Assembly: GCA_951406725.2 (NCBI GenBank)
Contig: OX597836.1
Coordinates: forward strand, 35,836,001 to 35,900,000
DNA length: 64,000 bases
Direction: 5' to 3'
Origin: Octopus vulgaris
Taxonomy: Eukaryota
Below are positions 35,926-51,399 of the stretch, piece by piece (positions within the stretch are counted from its first letter, which is position 1; each line of letters starts with the position of its first letter). Under the pieces are notes generated by a model. The model saw nothing but the letters and a program-made list of their open reading frames with translations. It had not been told where the DNA came from and did no database searches. A program made the translations under genes and the position numbers.

Positions 35926-36683
35926 TATACCAGGTGTATTGATGCCACAGGATCTGCAGAAAATATATACCAATTCTGTTTATGGCTAACCTTTTAAGAT
36001 CATTTCTATAATGTCGATGAAATTGTATTTCGCATTTAAAGAGTTAATTTCTATATAGTCTATCCGTCTATTTTCTGTATTACCGTACAAGTATTACAGA
36101 CCAAGGCTTTAAAGAAATAAGAAAGTACCAAGGAAATATACTCACACTACTTCATAGCAAACTGTACAACACATATTTATTGATTAGCGTTTCAAGATTA
36201 ACTCCCTAAAAGCAGAGAAAGTATTTGGTATGGGTTCTTATAATAGAGAAATATCAATTGAGAGTTGCTTCCGGCTCAGAGAGGTTGAAGATCAAATAAT
36301 CTGCTTCGCATGAAGAAAACTTATAAACACTGAAACGTTGCGTGATTAGCAGAAATGTTTAAAATATATTTGAGACTGCTTCATTTGGCCGGTATAGTTA
36401 AATCACTAACGCAAATGACTGTAAGCATGACCTTCCATTTATATTGCTATTTTAACTGATTCTACGTTCAAGTACGCAGGATCAATTACGCGCTAAGCTT
36501 TATACTATATCTGTAAGAGTCTGTCATTACTAAGCTAAATTTATAATAAATATATCTTGTGAGAGTGGCGTACCTGCACAGCCTGAATATCGTTTCATAT
36601 ATCTAGTTACAATTTGCAACAGCCAACAAGGGGGAAATGATTGAAAACAAAAATTTTGCTAGAAGGGAATATATATATATATA

Positions 36684-37064
36684 TCTCTATATAAACGGCA
36701 GTTTGTCTGTGTGTGTTTCTGTGTGTCTGTTTGGTTGTACCCTCACTCTGACCACGGCTTTCAACCGATTCTGATGAAACTTGACACACACATAGCCCAA
36801 TGTCATCATTCAAAACTAACGCAGCGAAAATTTTGAAAAGTTCCCCCAGTTCTGAAAAAGATCGATAAATTCGACATGGGGTCGACAATCAGAAACACAA
36901 ACCACAGATGGTCTAGGAGACGCAACTCGACCTTTTTAACTATCAAAAAAAATTTACCATCATTTTTTTTCCCATTTTTTTGCTATTTTTTGGCTATAAC
37001 TGTCTAAAAATGCTTTATAGTTATTTCCCTTACAAACCCGAGCAACGCCGGGCGATACTGCTAG
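36684..37064 (+). mobile_element. Non-autonomous Helitron
   Basis: A|TC start, subterminal hairpin cccgagcaacgccggg, CTAG|T end, no TSD. Confidence 0.88.
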
Positions 37065-37537
37065 TATATATATAAACGTTTTGGATGGAAATTAGTAGAG
37101 CCATTAATTCTCTCTGTTGAGCCTGCATCGTATATCTGCTAGAATGGACTAAATACGCCACTGCTGCTACTGATGATGATAATGACGATAATGATGATGG
37201 TGATGATGATGATGATGATCATCATCATCATCATCATCATTTGCTTTTCTCTTTCCGGGCTCCGACCTGCTGATGCAGGCTTTCCTGCAGGCGGTAGGGA
37301 ACTTATGCGGGAACTCAGATGAGAAAGAAGAAGATTAAGAAATATTTTGTAAGTTTTTGTGACTTTTTGTGTAAAATTGAATAAAAGAACAGTGATTTCG
37401 AGGGGTTATAGGTCGGCGGGCGCCGTTGCCCCTCCCATTTTTGTTCATCATTATCATCCTCATCTCATTAATTTTTTTGTCCAGCCTGCAGCTACTCATC
37501 TATGTACAGCTTTCATGCCCAGATTTATGAATAAAAG

Positions 37538-37679
37538 TAGCTTGCTTATCAATCACATGGTTCCAGGTTCATTCCCACTGCGTGGCACCTTGGCCAAGTG
37601 TCTTCTACTATAGCCTCGGGCCGACCAAAGCCTTGTAAGTGGATTTGGTAGATGGAAACTGAAAGAAGCCCGTCGTATA

Positions 37680-37758
<79 letters not shown>

Positions 37759-37998
37759 GAGTGTATGTGTGTGTGTGTATGTTTGTGTGTCTGTGTTCGT
37801 CCCACCCACCTACCCAACATCGCTTGACAACAGATGCTGGTGTATTTACGTCCCCGTAACTTAGCGGTTCGGCAAAAGAGACCGATAGAATAAGTACTGG
37901 GCTTACAAAGAATAAGTCCTGGAGTCGATTTGCTCGACTAAAGGTGGTGCTGCAGCATGGCCAAAGCCAAATGACTGAAGCAAGTAAAAGAGTAAAAG
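37538..37998 (+). mobile_element. SINE family A (5' end slightly truncated)
   Basis: Matches the 13944 copy. Further copies lie at 41156-41541 (-), 41998-42402 (-), 43121-43260 (+), 17860-18090 (-) and 40920-41095 (+). Confidence 0.9.
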
Positions 37999-38340
37999 CG
38001 TATGTTATATTTTTTTTTTCTTCTTTCTAGCGAAACATTACTGAAGTGTATATGTTGGTTAGTGCGAGCGATAATTTTTCTGTTTTTTTTTTTTTTGTGT
38101 TTGCTTTCTATTTGCTTACGTAGATTTTTGCAAGAACAGACAGCGAATATAATTAATTGGAATTTTTATACTAAGTCATAAAACCATGATTTCATCACGA
38201 GTCTCTTCTATATTTTCTCGTCTCGGTTACACAGTTAGAACACACGAATTCATCATAAAATAAATAACAGGGAACGATATTACTTGGTTTTATGGGGAAT
38301 TATATAGCGAAAGACGCAGATACACAGACACAGACACACG

Positions 38341-38399
<59 letters not shown>

Positions 38400-38710
38400 G
38401 CACACACACACGCGCATCTCATATGAATATGCATATAAACCTATGAAGAGATATATAGGAAAATACACAGTAATGTAGATGAAAATCAAACAACTAGAGA
38501 AAGGGACAAAATGATAGAGAGAGAGATAGAGAAGCACACACACAGAGTCAGAGAGAGAGAGAAAGGGTGAGAAAAAGAGTGAGAAAAAGAGAGAGAGACC
38601 CAGACAGAGACAGAGAAAGGGGGAGGGGAAAAGAATGAGAGATAAAAAGTAAGAGTGCGACAGACGGAAAGACATACACGTTCATGCATGCGTACACGAA
38701 TGTGTATAGT

Positions 38711-38764
<54 letters not shown>

Positions 38765-38869
38765 TGTGTGTGTGTGTGTGTGTGTATGAATTTATATTTA
38801 TATATACGCACACACACACACACATATATATATGTGTGCGTGTATACGTATATGCATATATATATATAT

Positions 38870-38913
<44 letters not shown>

Positions 38914-39479
38914 GCATGTATTGAGAACAACGGAAAATTAAACCTGGACACCAACCAAACAGTGAAGGACAAGATGCAAATATCGTGACCATAAAATATC
39001 GGGGGCGATAAATAAAGTACCAGTTACGTAATGTGGTCGATGTAATCGACCTAATCCGTTTGTCTGTCTTTGTTTGCCCCCTCTATGTTTAACTCCTTGT
39101 GGGCAACAAAAAAATATATTTTGAGATGCTTTGTGTTTCTTTCTATTACTTCCATCCATCTATTACTTCCATCCAACACACCATAGAGAGGCTCTGCCAT
39201 CAAAGTGTCAAATCCCAAAGCCACCGTATTTGAAGTTTACGCAAAATCTGTCATTCGTGTAAGGGTGTTGTACAGCAAGCTCTATTTTATCAATTGTCTG
39301 AGACTGCGTCATCTTATCGGAGCTTGACTCGAGTGAGTCAAGTTGCAACACCCGATTGCAGCTGCGACTTAATTTCAAGTGTCGTAGTTACTTGTCTTCT
39401 CCGAAAAAGCATTGAAATGGCGCACTGAACATCAGAATTCACCCTTCTGCTGGAAGAAAAACTAACGAAAGATATGAAC

Positions 39480-39700
39480 AACGAAATAAGAACACACTGG
39501 AATTCCTTCGTCTGCGGACAATCTGCGGCAAACAGGATGTCTCTACATGCGGTATTGTTGGAGACCGCTTGTGAAATTCATATTCCCACGAAACTTCTTC
39601 CACTTCCATGGTTCGAGATGCCTCGAGTGTGGTAGAAGAAGCCGACTAAACCCGCCCAGGGTGAATGTCGCCACAAGTACAAGTAAGTTCTCGTTGCCGT
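39480..39700 (+). repeat. Dispersed repeat shared in inverted orientation with 49145-49330; probable retroelement remnant
   Basis: gccgactaaacccgcccagggtgaatgtcgccacaagtacaagtaag and aatctgcggcaaa(c/t)ag(g/a)atgtctcta occur at both sites. Confidence 0.6.
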
Positions 39701-40355
39701 CGCATGCTACAATTATAGACGACGAGAAGAGAACGAGAAGTCTCTGATAGCACTGGGCATTTATGTGGTGACTGTAGTTCTCCACGCTTAGATGTGCAAA
39801 GGGAAATGTTGGAGCAGCTATCAAAGTGTAAATGGCATAGTTTTCTAGAGCAGAACGGGAGACTTTTAGACGCGGGCAACAAATACTTAAATAACTAATA
39901 AGAATAAACGAAAAGAGAAGTAATAAAATACGATACCCTAAATGCTAGATGAAATGCTTATAAATACAGCGATAAAGATTTGAATGAGTAAACTTGCATT
40001 CCGAGCACGGAGAAACGCTATTATCGTTATAAACTATTATTGCAACTTCATTACAATTATAGTGACAAAATACATCTAAAAGACACTATTCCATGTTCGT
40101 ACAGATACAATACTATACGTGTAAAATTTCAATGTCTGTGAGATCGTAGCTGCATCATTATTGACCTAAAAGCAAGCCATGAATGCATTTTATATAAAGG
40201 AGAAGGAGCTACGGAATGTATACCAAAATACTAGTGATAATATATCTACGCATGAAAGTACAGACGCACAGACGCACGCACACCTGCACACTTTCGAAAA
40301 TTCGCACATATGTATGTATGTAGACACTGATGTACATATAAATAATTGCACTTGA

Positions 40356-40399
<44 letters not shown>

Positions 40400-40406
40400 G
40401 TATGTA

Positions 40407-40543
<137 letters not shown>

Positions 40544-41353
40544 GTATATATATGTATTTCTTAATAAATTCCAGGGTATCAAAAAAATTATTTAGAAATG
40601 TTTTGGTCCTAGCGGTCTAGCGTGAAGAAAAAGATATATTATTCATATAAATGTACACTGTATTTATATGTATGTATGTTTTATGTATGTATGTATGTAT
40701 GTATGTATGTATGTATGTATGTATGTATGTATGTATGTATGTATGTATGTGTGTATGTATGCATGTATGTGTGCATGTGTGTATGTATGTATGTATGTAT
40801 ATATACATATACACATATAGATACAGATGGATATATACATTACTACACACACACACACACAAACATATGTACATATATATATATGCATGTATGTATAGGT
40901 ATATGTATGTAGGTATCAGCGAATCTCTGTTTGTTTCCCCACCATCGCTAGAGAAGTGATGTCCTCGTAACATAGCTGTTCGGCAAAAGAACCCAATAGA
41001 ATAAGTACTAGGCTTTCAAAAGACTACGTCGTTTGTACAACTAAAGGCGGTGCTCCTGCATGGCCGCAGTCAAACGACTGAAACAAATGAGTAAAATAAT
41101 ATATATACATATATACACACATATATATACATACATATATATATATATATTTTTTTACTTGTTTCAGTCATTTGACTGCGGCCATGCTGGAGCACCGCCT
41201 TTAGTCGAGCAAATCGACCCCGGGACTTATTCTTTGTAAGCCTAGTACTTATTCTATCGGTCTCTTTTGCCGAACCGCTAAGTGTCGGGGACGTAAACAC
41301 ACCAGCATCGGTTGTCAAGCAATGCTAGGGGGACAAACACAAACACAACACAA

Positions 41354-41386
<33 letters not shown>

Positions 41387-42203
41387 CATATATACGACAG
41401 GCTTCTTTCAGTTTCCGTCTACCAAATCCACTCACAAGGCATTGGTCGGCCCGGGGCTATAGCAGAAGACACTTGCCCAAGATGCCACGCAGTGGGACTG
41501 AACCCGCAACCATGTGGTTGGTTAGCAAGCTACTTACCACACATCAATCGCACACACACACACACATACACACACACAGCTAGGTATACTTTTATATGAT
41601 TGTATATATATAAAAGTATGTTGTTATTTAAATGAACATAAATTTATATTCAAGACAGACAGTTTTGAAATAGGTTTTCAAATAGTTTAACTTCTTGCTG
41701 GCTTCCTAATAGCTTTGCCAGGCTGGAAGCTGTTACTTATAAATAGATAATGACTCGCTTTGAATTGCAAACTTCGTTATTCAACCAAAAGCTATTCTGC
41801 CACTTGTAGTTTTCAGCAAAGCGCACTTAAACAGGTATAGGTGTTGTGGAGAGGAATGGGTATTTCCATCGGTTCATGGAAATCTTTTCCATGAATCTGC
41901 TCTAATATTTGATTCATGTGTACAGGTATGATTATGTATATGGACATGTGCACGTGCGTGTACGTGTGTGTGTTTCCTCTTTTTTCGTTTTTATTTTTTA
42001 CTTGTTTCAGTCATTTGACAGCGGCCATGCTGGAGCATCGCCTTTAATCGAGCAACTCGACCCCGGGACTTATTCTTTGTAAGCCTAGTACTTATTCTAT
42101 CTCTCTCTTTTTGCCGAACCGCTAAGTGATGGGGACATAAACACACCAGCATCGGTTGTCAAGCAATGCTAGGGGGACAAACACAGACACACAAACGCAC
42201 ACA

Positions 42204-42262
<59 letters not shown>

Positions 42263-43259
42263 GTATATATGTTTCCGTCTATAAAATCCACTCACAAGGC
42301 ATTGGTCAGCCCGGGGCTATAGCAGAAGACACTTGCCCAAGATGCCACGCAGTGGGACTGAACCCGGAACCATGTGGTTGGTAAGCAAGCTACTTACCAC
42401 ACATAGGCATATATATTTATTCCAGGTATATATTATACATATAATAATAAATGCGTCCTTTTTAAAGCCTAGCCAGGCTCTTGGGCCCGGTTTCCCGGTT
42501 TCAATGGCGTATGGGTTCCTCAGCCGGACGGGACGCCAGTCCATTTTTGCCCGCTGAGTGGACTGGAGCAACGTGAAATGAAGTGTTTTGCTCAAGAACA
42601 CAACGCGTCGCCCGGTCCAGGAATCGAAACCACAATCTTACGATCATGATTCTGACACTGTAACCACTAAGCCACGCGCTTCAACATTATACATATACGT
42701 ATATCTATTAAAGTTTCTGCCAAGGCGTTGCAGTATGAAATTTGTTCCGAAACAATTCCCACTGCGAGGAACATTTTGGCAGGTGTATTTTTTTATAGCA
42801 CCAGGCCTATCAAAAGCCTGTGAGTGGCTTCGGTAGATAGAGAATTAAAGAATATCGTTTTCTATATGCTGTCTTCCCAGCTTTTTACGCGTTTCTTATC
42901 TTATATAATTTTTTTTTTAAGTTCGTTATGATATGTGGTTTGTGCTTGGTGAATATGTTCGAGATACTTCACAACATATCAAAAAATCAGTAGCACTTAA
43001 GGTTATGTATTGAGTACCTTAAATAAATAATATTTATCTCTCAGCAGATGGAGAAGCCTTTACTTTTTTCTTGAATTTTCTATTACAGAAAAATACATCA
43101 CACACACACACACACACACAAGTAGCTTGCTTACGAACCGCATGGTTCTGGGTTCAGTCCCACTACGTGGCACCTTGGGCAACTGTCTTCTACTATAGCC
43201 TCGGGCCGACCAAAGCCTTGTGAATGGATTTAGTAGACGGAATCTGAAAGAAGCTCGTC

Positions 43260-43317
<58 letters not shown>

Positions 43318-43541
43318 ATGTATGTATGTATATATACATATATAAATGGATGAATGAATTATCCTTTGTTTACAGTTAACATGGAATCTTCAATAAACAG
43401 TTACCCGGTTAGCAAAATTCACGCAAGTAACACGGATGAAGCGACCTATTCAAAAGTAGAAACTCCGGGTTAATATGCAGTAATTTGTATAATATAAGTA
43501 AATAAATGGAGTTGAACGCAGGTGTTATTCAAATTCTTTTA

Positions 43542-43617
43542 CTTTCGAAATATGTTTCGAAGACAACATTGGTTTTATTCCAAAGGAATAAACGGTGTAA
43601 TCTTCTCATCAGGAAAG
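43542..43617 (-). ncRNA. Type I hammerhead ribozyme motif with an intact catalytic core
   Basis: RC: CTTTC CTGATGA GAAGAttACAccgTTTATTCCtttGGAATAAAaccaaTGTtgTCTTC GAAA CATAT TTC GAAAG. Stem I CUUUC/GAAAG, a long stem II and a minimal stem III. Confidence 0.75.
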
Positions 43618-43779
43618 AAAGAGAACCTATCTCAACAAGACATTATAACAATTTTGATGATTGCATAAATGATAAACAGAACGCTATTAAGTACTTTAAA
43701 AAACCGTTAGTAGATCTGACATCAAAGGCAGACCATAGGAAGAGAAGGGGTAAAGAAATAAGTAGAGAACAAATAAAGA

Positions 43780-44500
43780 GGGATATATTGGTTTAAAAAA
43801 TGTTCAAAGGTTTGGAAGTAGATTTCTCTATTGAAGTGCAAGGTTAACCAAATGTTCAAACTATACAGAGTGGTATAAATCACTTATATGAGCTAAAGGT
43901 ATGTTCATAGTAAATCGTGTTCTGCGTTAGAAATTTCACCAGTATACGAAGTTTCAAACTGTTTAGATAAAACAAAATCATCAAAAAATCTGTGAGCGAA
44001 ACTGAACAGATCCAAAAAATTAAATGAAATGTTTTGTAAATATTTCCAGAGTCTTCATCTTCTGTTTTTTAATATTTGCGTGGGTATTATTCAAAGATAC
44101 TTGTACCAGCGTCATATGTGGTGCAAGCTTTCAGAAGAAGTTTATATTTTGTGATAAAATGCGATTCTTTGCTAATGCACTGATTATATGTTCCGTTGTC
44201 CCTGAATTTATAGAGGAGAAAAATTCTAAAGTCTGGTAGTTCATTAATGGCGCATATGTCGTTGAGTTCACATAATGCTATTTTTCTGTATTCCCGTATT
44301 TTAATCTGGGAACAACGTACGGTCATATTCTGGGGGTAGACTTCTTAAAATATCTAGCTTCCGTATCAACATTTTCTGTACCCATAAAACTATCTCTTTA
44401 GATCTGTCACTAACTACCGAACCCTCACAAGCGAAAGGGGAGAGAGAGATATAGAAAAAAAGGCAAAATGTCCCAACTGTTTGAAGATTATGGAAATATT
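43780..44500 (-). pseudogene. Possible decayed Penelope-like RT/EN remnant upstream of the HHR
   Basis: Minus-strand LLYKFRDNG resembles a Y.RFRDDG RT motif, and REIYF resembles a GIY-YIG C-terminus. Very degenerate. Confidence 0.35.
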
Positions 44501-45426
44501 TATAAAACATTTATTATTTTTTTCTTCAATTCAATTGTTTTTCTTATCTTACTCTTAAAACACTGAAACCGGTACTAGTCTTACAAAATGTATTTCTTGA
44601 GGAATGGAGAGATAGTGGAGTGAGAAAATGGGAGAGAGTTTGTGTGTTTGTGTGTGTGTGTGGGGGTGGGGGTGGTATATGCGTGCGTGTGTGTATGTGC
44701 CTGAAAGATAGCATTTTGAACAAGAGACAAAGAAAAAGCATATATATTTTTAAGTAGGTGGTCAGAAAAGATCCTTAATTTGGTTCAGCCAGCTGACCAG
44801 GGGGTCTGAAAGAAAAATGTTTTCAAAGTGAAAAAAATGTGTTTTTTCTTAATGCCAATGGAAAAGAGAAGGAAAGAAAGGAAGGAAGAAAGGAAGAAGA
44901 AAGAATATATTTATATCTATACAGTTGGTAAGTTCTTACAATAGAAGATGTCAAGTTGATTCTTGGTCTGTAAAAATGGCAAGACCCGGTGGTTACTCTA
45001 ATGGGGAGGGGGTCTGTTTTGATGAGGAATAATAAAAGTTATTTTTTAGAAAAAATAGTCTGGACTTATCATCATCATCATCATCGCTGCTTTAAATAGA
45101 ATGTATCAGAGACAAAGATAGACGAATATACACAAGTATGTATGAGTATGTTTCTAGCGTGTATGGATATATATATATATATATATATATATGAATTTTT
45201 GGCAAGAGAGATAGATAAAATGAGCACTAGGCCTAAACAATTACAGTTATGGGATTATTTCGTTCGAATAAAATTTTACAATGCGGAAATTCAACATGGC
45301 CACACTCTAATGGCTGGAACATGCAAAAGATAAAGATTATCATTTTTATCGTTTCATGAACGTCTTTCCAATGGAAAAAAGTTAATATTTCACTGTGATA
45401 ACTGCAGTAATGTTTTCATAAACGTT

Positions 45427-45606
<180 letters not shown>

Positions 45607-45663
45607 GAACGAAAAAGAGAGAAAGATTATAGATAGTTGTGTACATGTCTTTCAGTGTAGATG

Positions 45664-45695
<32 letters not shown>

Positions 45696-45858
45696 TGTAT
45701 GTATGTATGTATGTATGTATGTATGTGTGTGTGTGTGCGTGCGTGTATACATATATATTTCTTTATTGCCCACAGGGGGCTATACATAGAGGTGACAAAC
45801 AAGGACAGACAAAGGGATTAAGTCAGGTACATCGATTCCAATGCATAACTGCTACTTA

Positions 45859-45955
<97 letters not shown>

Positions 45956-46551
45956 ACGCATATGTCAATGCATACATATACACAAGTATATGCATATAGG
46001 TATGCATATTATGCGTATGTGTGTGTAATAATTTATACTTTAACATCCCTCTGAAGAGTGCAATTTCAATGGAATATTGATAAAGTTCTTCTAAAATGTT
46101 ATTATTCAATAATAACAAAGATAGTAGCACCTAAAATCGAACGTGGAAACACTTGCAAATCTTCAAGGGTTCACTCAGATTCTATTGATAAAATCTTTGA
46201 AACTTTGAAATCGAACATTCCTGTCACTTAAAATACTTGACTGTCATTTATACTGTATATTTTAAAATGAATCGTGTAAGCTTGTCAAAGTTTACCAGAA
46301 AATATTTAGAGAAACAGTTTCTGCTGATTCAAGAAAAGTTCGTCCCTCTCTCTCTCTTTATATATGCGAGTGTGTGTGTGTGTGTACTTGCGTGTGTGTA
46401 TATATGCATATATATATATGCATATATATATACTTATATATATACATATATAAATGCATATGTATATATACAAATACACACTATACACACACACATGTAC
46501 AAACACAAATGTGTGTGTGTGTGTACTATGTGTGCATGTGTGTGTATATGC

Positions 46552-46584
<33 letters not shown>

Positions 46585-46661
46585 CTTATATATATACATA
46601 TATAAATGCATATGTATAAACACAAATGCAAGCACACTCACACACACACACGCACAAACAA

Positions 46662-46739
<78 letters not shown>

Positions 46740-47124
46740 TTATATACATTTATATATGCATGTTCAAAGAGAACATTATATATTTATATATACCTATGTA
46801 CTCACATTCACATAACACATGGACGAGCATGTATGCACGCACACCCATACACACACACACAAACACACACATATATATATATATAAATGCATGTATACCG
46901 TTCAAAGATGACGTATTTTGAATATGATGTATTGATGCATTACATGATAGCATTCTCTATTGTGTGCTAGAACGAAGATGTGAGTTGATATCGCTGTGAA
47001 ATTGAGACGTAATGGAAGCACGTTTATCTTTGCTTTAAATAGGATGTATCAGAGACAAAGGTAGACGGATATATGCAAATGTGTATGTGTACGTTTCTAT
47101 CGTGTATGCATGTATATATATAGA

Positions 47125-47216
<92 letters not shown>

Positions 47217-47228
47217 CATATATTACAA

Positions 47229-47281
<53 letters not shown>

Positions 47282-47283
47282 CA

Positions 47284-47360
<77 letters not shown>

Positions 47361-47467
47361 GTATTACATATGTATCTATCTATCTATATATATGTATATA
47401 TGTATTTGTTTATCTATATATCTATCTATCTATTTATATAACTAGCGATTTCTCTAAACATTAACGG

Positions 47468-47719
<252 letters not shown>

Positions 47720-48105
47720 CAGGGTGTCCTGATACAGGATGGGACATAAAGATCTCCCAAATAATGAATGAATTTAAAACAAACTGAAATATTAAGGAAA
47801 AAGTTTATTATGTATTTGAAAATCACATGCAATACTGTCTATTTTACTGGATTTCAAAAGACGATACAAGGCAAATGCAGGCCGCTGTTGGCAATACATC
47901 GATGAAATCGTTTCCAGAAGTTCTCCATAACTCTCTGTATCATATCAGGTGGCATTGCGTTAATTTCGTCACAAATCATGCCTTTCACATCCTCAAGAGT
48001 TCGAGAACGATGTTGGGGAACATTTGCCTTTAAGTAGCGCGAAAGGGAAAGGTCCCATGTGCTTAAATCTGGTGACCTTGCCTCCCACCCCACGTCTTCC
48101 CTCAA
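47720..48105 (-). mobile_element. 3' end of a Tc1-like transposon (TIR + DDE C-terminus)
   Basis: TIR cagggtgtcc...; WEARSPDLSTWDLSLSRYLKANV..RTLEDVK..QRVMENFWKRFHRCIANSGLHL. Confidence 0.85.
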
Positions 48106-49144
48106 AGTTTGTGAGTGATTAATGCTGAATATGTAATTGGTAGAACTTAAAAAAAGAAAGAAGTCTTTGTGTAATTACTAATGAATACAAAAATGAATAC
48201 AAAAATGATAGATCTTAGTCTTCCAAATAATATTTGTCCTACCTCTCTCTACTTCAACTTACACCCACGCGAATCTTCCCCCAAATGTGTACCAGGGCGA
48301 CCGAAGCTTTAGGCTTTATTAACTATCAATAAATGTGATAATACATGAAAAGTATGCATCATTATAAAACTTTCCTCTCTCATTTTTTTCGTTTCAGATT
48401 AAATCAATACAGATTTATAAATTAGACAATGGTTATAGAACGAAATACAATGATAGCCATTCACAAATGACTCGAAAGTAATACATCTATAGCAAAAAAA
48501 AAAAAAGCTCAAAATTAGTCGAAAAAGTAGTCTGGAAAATTATCAGGATATTTGAAAAGAATGGTTCCACCACTGATAAATCTGAACGTGACCGAAAAAG
48601 AAGATTGCAGACCCCTCAGTTTATTAAAAGTTCCACAGAAAAGAAATCCTGATCGTTCCCCCAGAAAAACAGTCTGCCACACCAAAAATGATCCGAACGT
48701 CGATGTATCTAGTGCTGAAGGAGGATCTCAGGTCCCACCTCTTATTTCTTTATTGCCCACAAGGAGCTAAACATAGAGGGGACAAACAAGGACAGATAAA
48801 CGAATTAAGTCGATTGCATCGACCCTAGTGCGTAACTGGTACTTAATTTATCGACCCCGAAAGGTTGAAAGGCAAAGTCGTCCTCGGCGGAATTTGACCT
48901 CAGAACGTAGCGCCAGACAAAATGCTACTAAGCGTTTTGCCTGGCGTGCTAAAGTTTCTACCAGCTCGCCGCCTCTACCACATGACCAACCGTCTTGAAC
49001 ACATAAAAGTTTATAAGATCAGGTGACCGGCGCGAATTATTTTTATCTTGCGTCAGATTGCTGAAGACATGCTGCTCACCCTGCCGTTCACTGATGTAAA
49101 AAAAAAAAAAACATTGACATCGTACAGACAATAAACCATCAGAA

Positions 49145-49960
49145 TACTTACTTGTACTTGTGGCGACATTCACCCTGGGTGGGTTGAGTCGGCTCCTTCA
49201 AGGAAGAAGTTTCGTGGGAATATGTGGATTTCACAAACGGTCCCCCAAAATCCCGTATATAGAGACATTCTATTTGCCGCAGATTTTCCTCAGAGCCGCT
49301 GGTTGCCGAAACAGACACTCCGAGGATTTTCACCGGGTTGTGGCCCTCTATACCGTTCAGTGTCAGACCAATCCGCCTTGGGTGGCCCTACCAGGAACTG
49401 AAGTTCCCGACGGCATAGCTCTGGCACTACCCGTTGCCAGCGTCTCCACCACGGTGAGGAGGGGATGGACTTTGGGGAATTACCAACTTTGAAGAGTATC
49501 TGGCTCCGTCTAGCGTAGATTCGTAAATCAACGTCAAAATCCACAATCAGTTACTGTTTGGATGGCTATGACATCAACTGGAAGGTCTCCCTTATTTTTG
49601 TGTCCTGGAGTATTAAAATCAACACCCAGCGATGCATTAACGACAATCTGTAACCTGAACTGCTTCCATGTGCAGAGGAGCGCTTTTAACGCGCACCTTG
49701 GAACCTCCAACAGGACTCGGCACTGCCCAACAGCTTCTAACAGAACAACACTGGATTCAGAAAAAAAAACCCATTCCGTCCTTTATAGGCAAGGATGTAT
49801 ACGCTCAAAAATCATTGGGTTCTCTCGTTGGTCCATTTTCCAAACGAGAGCTTAGAACACTCATGATGTGCTCGACGCTCTGAAGGTAAATCTGTGCCAT
49901 TGATGGGTTTCGATTCCTCAAGAACATCTGCGTGCCGCGTGTGAAGCATCTGCACCGATA
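49145..49960 (-). mobile_element. Decayed LINE remnant, possibly the L1/Tx1 APE endonuclease start
   Basis: Minus-strand IVVNASLG...GDLPVDVIAIQT resembles the APE N-terminal N..G..D(I/V)I.(L/I)QET motif. Locally GC-richer. Confidence 0.45.
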
Positions 49961-50152
49961 CTAAAGGCTGTGATTCTAAACGGAATTGTTTATATCGAAG
50001 AAATGGGGAAGCTTCTTAATTATGTATTATGTCTCATTTACGATGGCAACGCTCGTAGCCGATATATAACAATATGTCAATATGGTGGTTTGGCAAAATT
50101 GAGAAATTTTGGCTGCCATCATTTTGAGACAATACATATATATATATTTATG

Positions 50153-50252
<100 letters not shown>

Positions 50253-50328
50253 GAATAAATAAGCCAACATTCTAATATCCGAAAGTTGATGAACAAACTA
50301 AATTTGTTTCTCCATTTTCTTATTTGTA

Positions 50329-50441
<113 letters not shown>

Positions 50442-51399
50442 CACATATATATATCAATTGGTAATGCAGTGTAACAAAGTTTGATTGAATAAATATTTTA
50501 AGCCTTACTGTTATTCCCAGCTTCTTCTTGGCTGAATTCTGCGTTACATCATAGCATTATCACATTTGAAGAATAGAATAATAGATCTTTACAATCTAGG
50601 AAGCCATTTTATTAGCATTTCCAATTGAATAGTAATCCTTAAACAATAGTGAATGCAACATATCTCAAAGAATCTATATAACTATATTAATCCAGCAACA
50701 CTAAATTCAATAACGCACCATCCTTCAGGCTACTGAATTAAAAATACGATTACAAACGATTTTGTCTTGAGACAACCTGGTATTCCACATGAATTAGGCT
50801 TTTTGAAAACCACAGTCAGAGTTTTGTTTGTATAATATCTTTTAAAAACAAATACCAAATGCACAGTATTCTAATAATCAACAGGCAATGCTTAGATTAT
50901 TTCTCTTGCCAGATTTGTTAAAGCGATTTTTTATTTTATAATGAACACTTGATCCAACTTGAAATTAGATTTATTTGAAATGCATTGAGTGTAAAATCTA
51001 ATACGCTTGTGTTTTGGGAGAATCGAAAACATCTGCGTCTTGTTTTGATTTTGGGCCTGTATCGTTTTAAAACGGCTACACTATTTTATTTTAAATCGAA
51101 ATTATATTTCAAAATGGCAGGTCAATTAAATATTCATGAATATTTCACTACAGAATTTAAGGGTATCTTGTATGGAATTCTGTTTAACCGGATTTAAATT
51201 TTGCACATAATTTGCTATCTCATTAATTTTTAAGTGTACTACTCATGCACACACAAAAGAGTATATACACATGGACACAAAAAGAAGCGTATACTGTATT
51301 AAAATTCTCATATATCTGTCTCCACTTATTTTCGGTTTCACAGAACATAGGTAAATCAAATTATATCTAGTGCTGAAGGAGGATCCCAGGACCCACCTC

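Noticed and set aside
36768-36790. ctgatgaaac resembling an HHR core
   Set aside because: It is part of the Helitron internal motif ccgattctgatgaaacttg and has no stem II.
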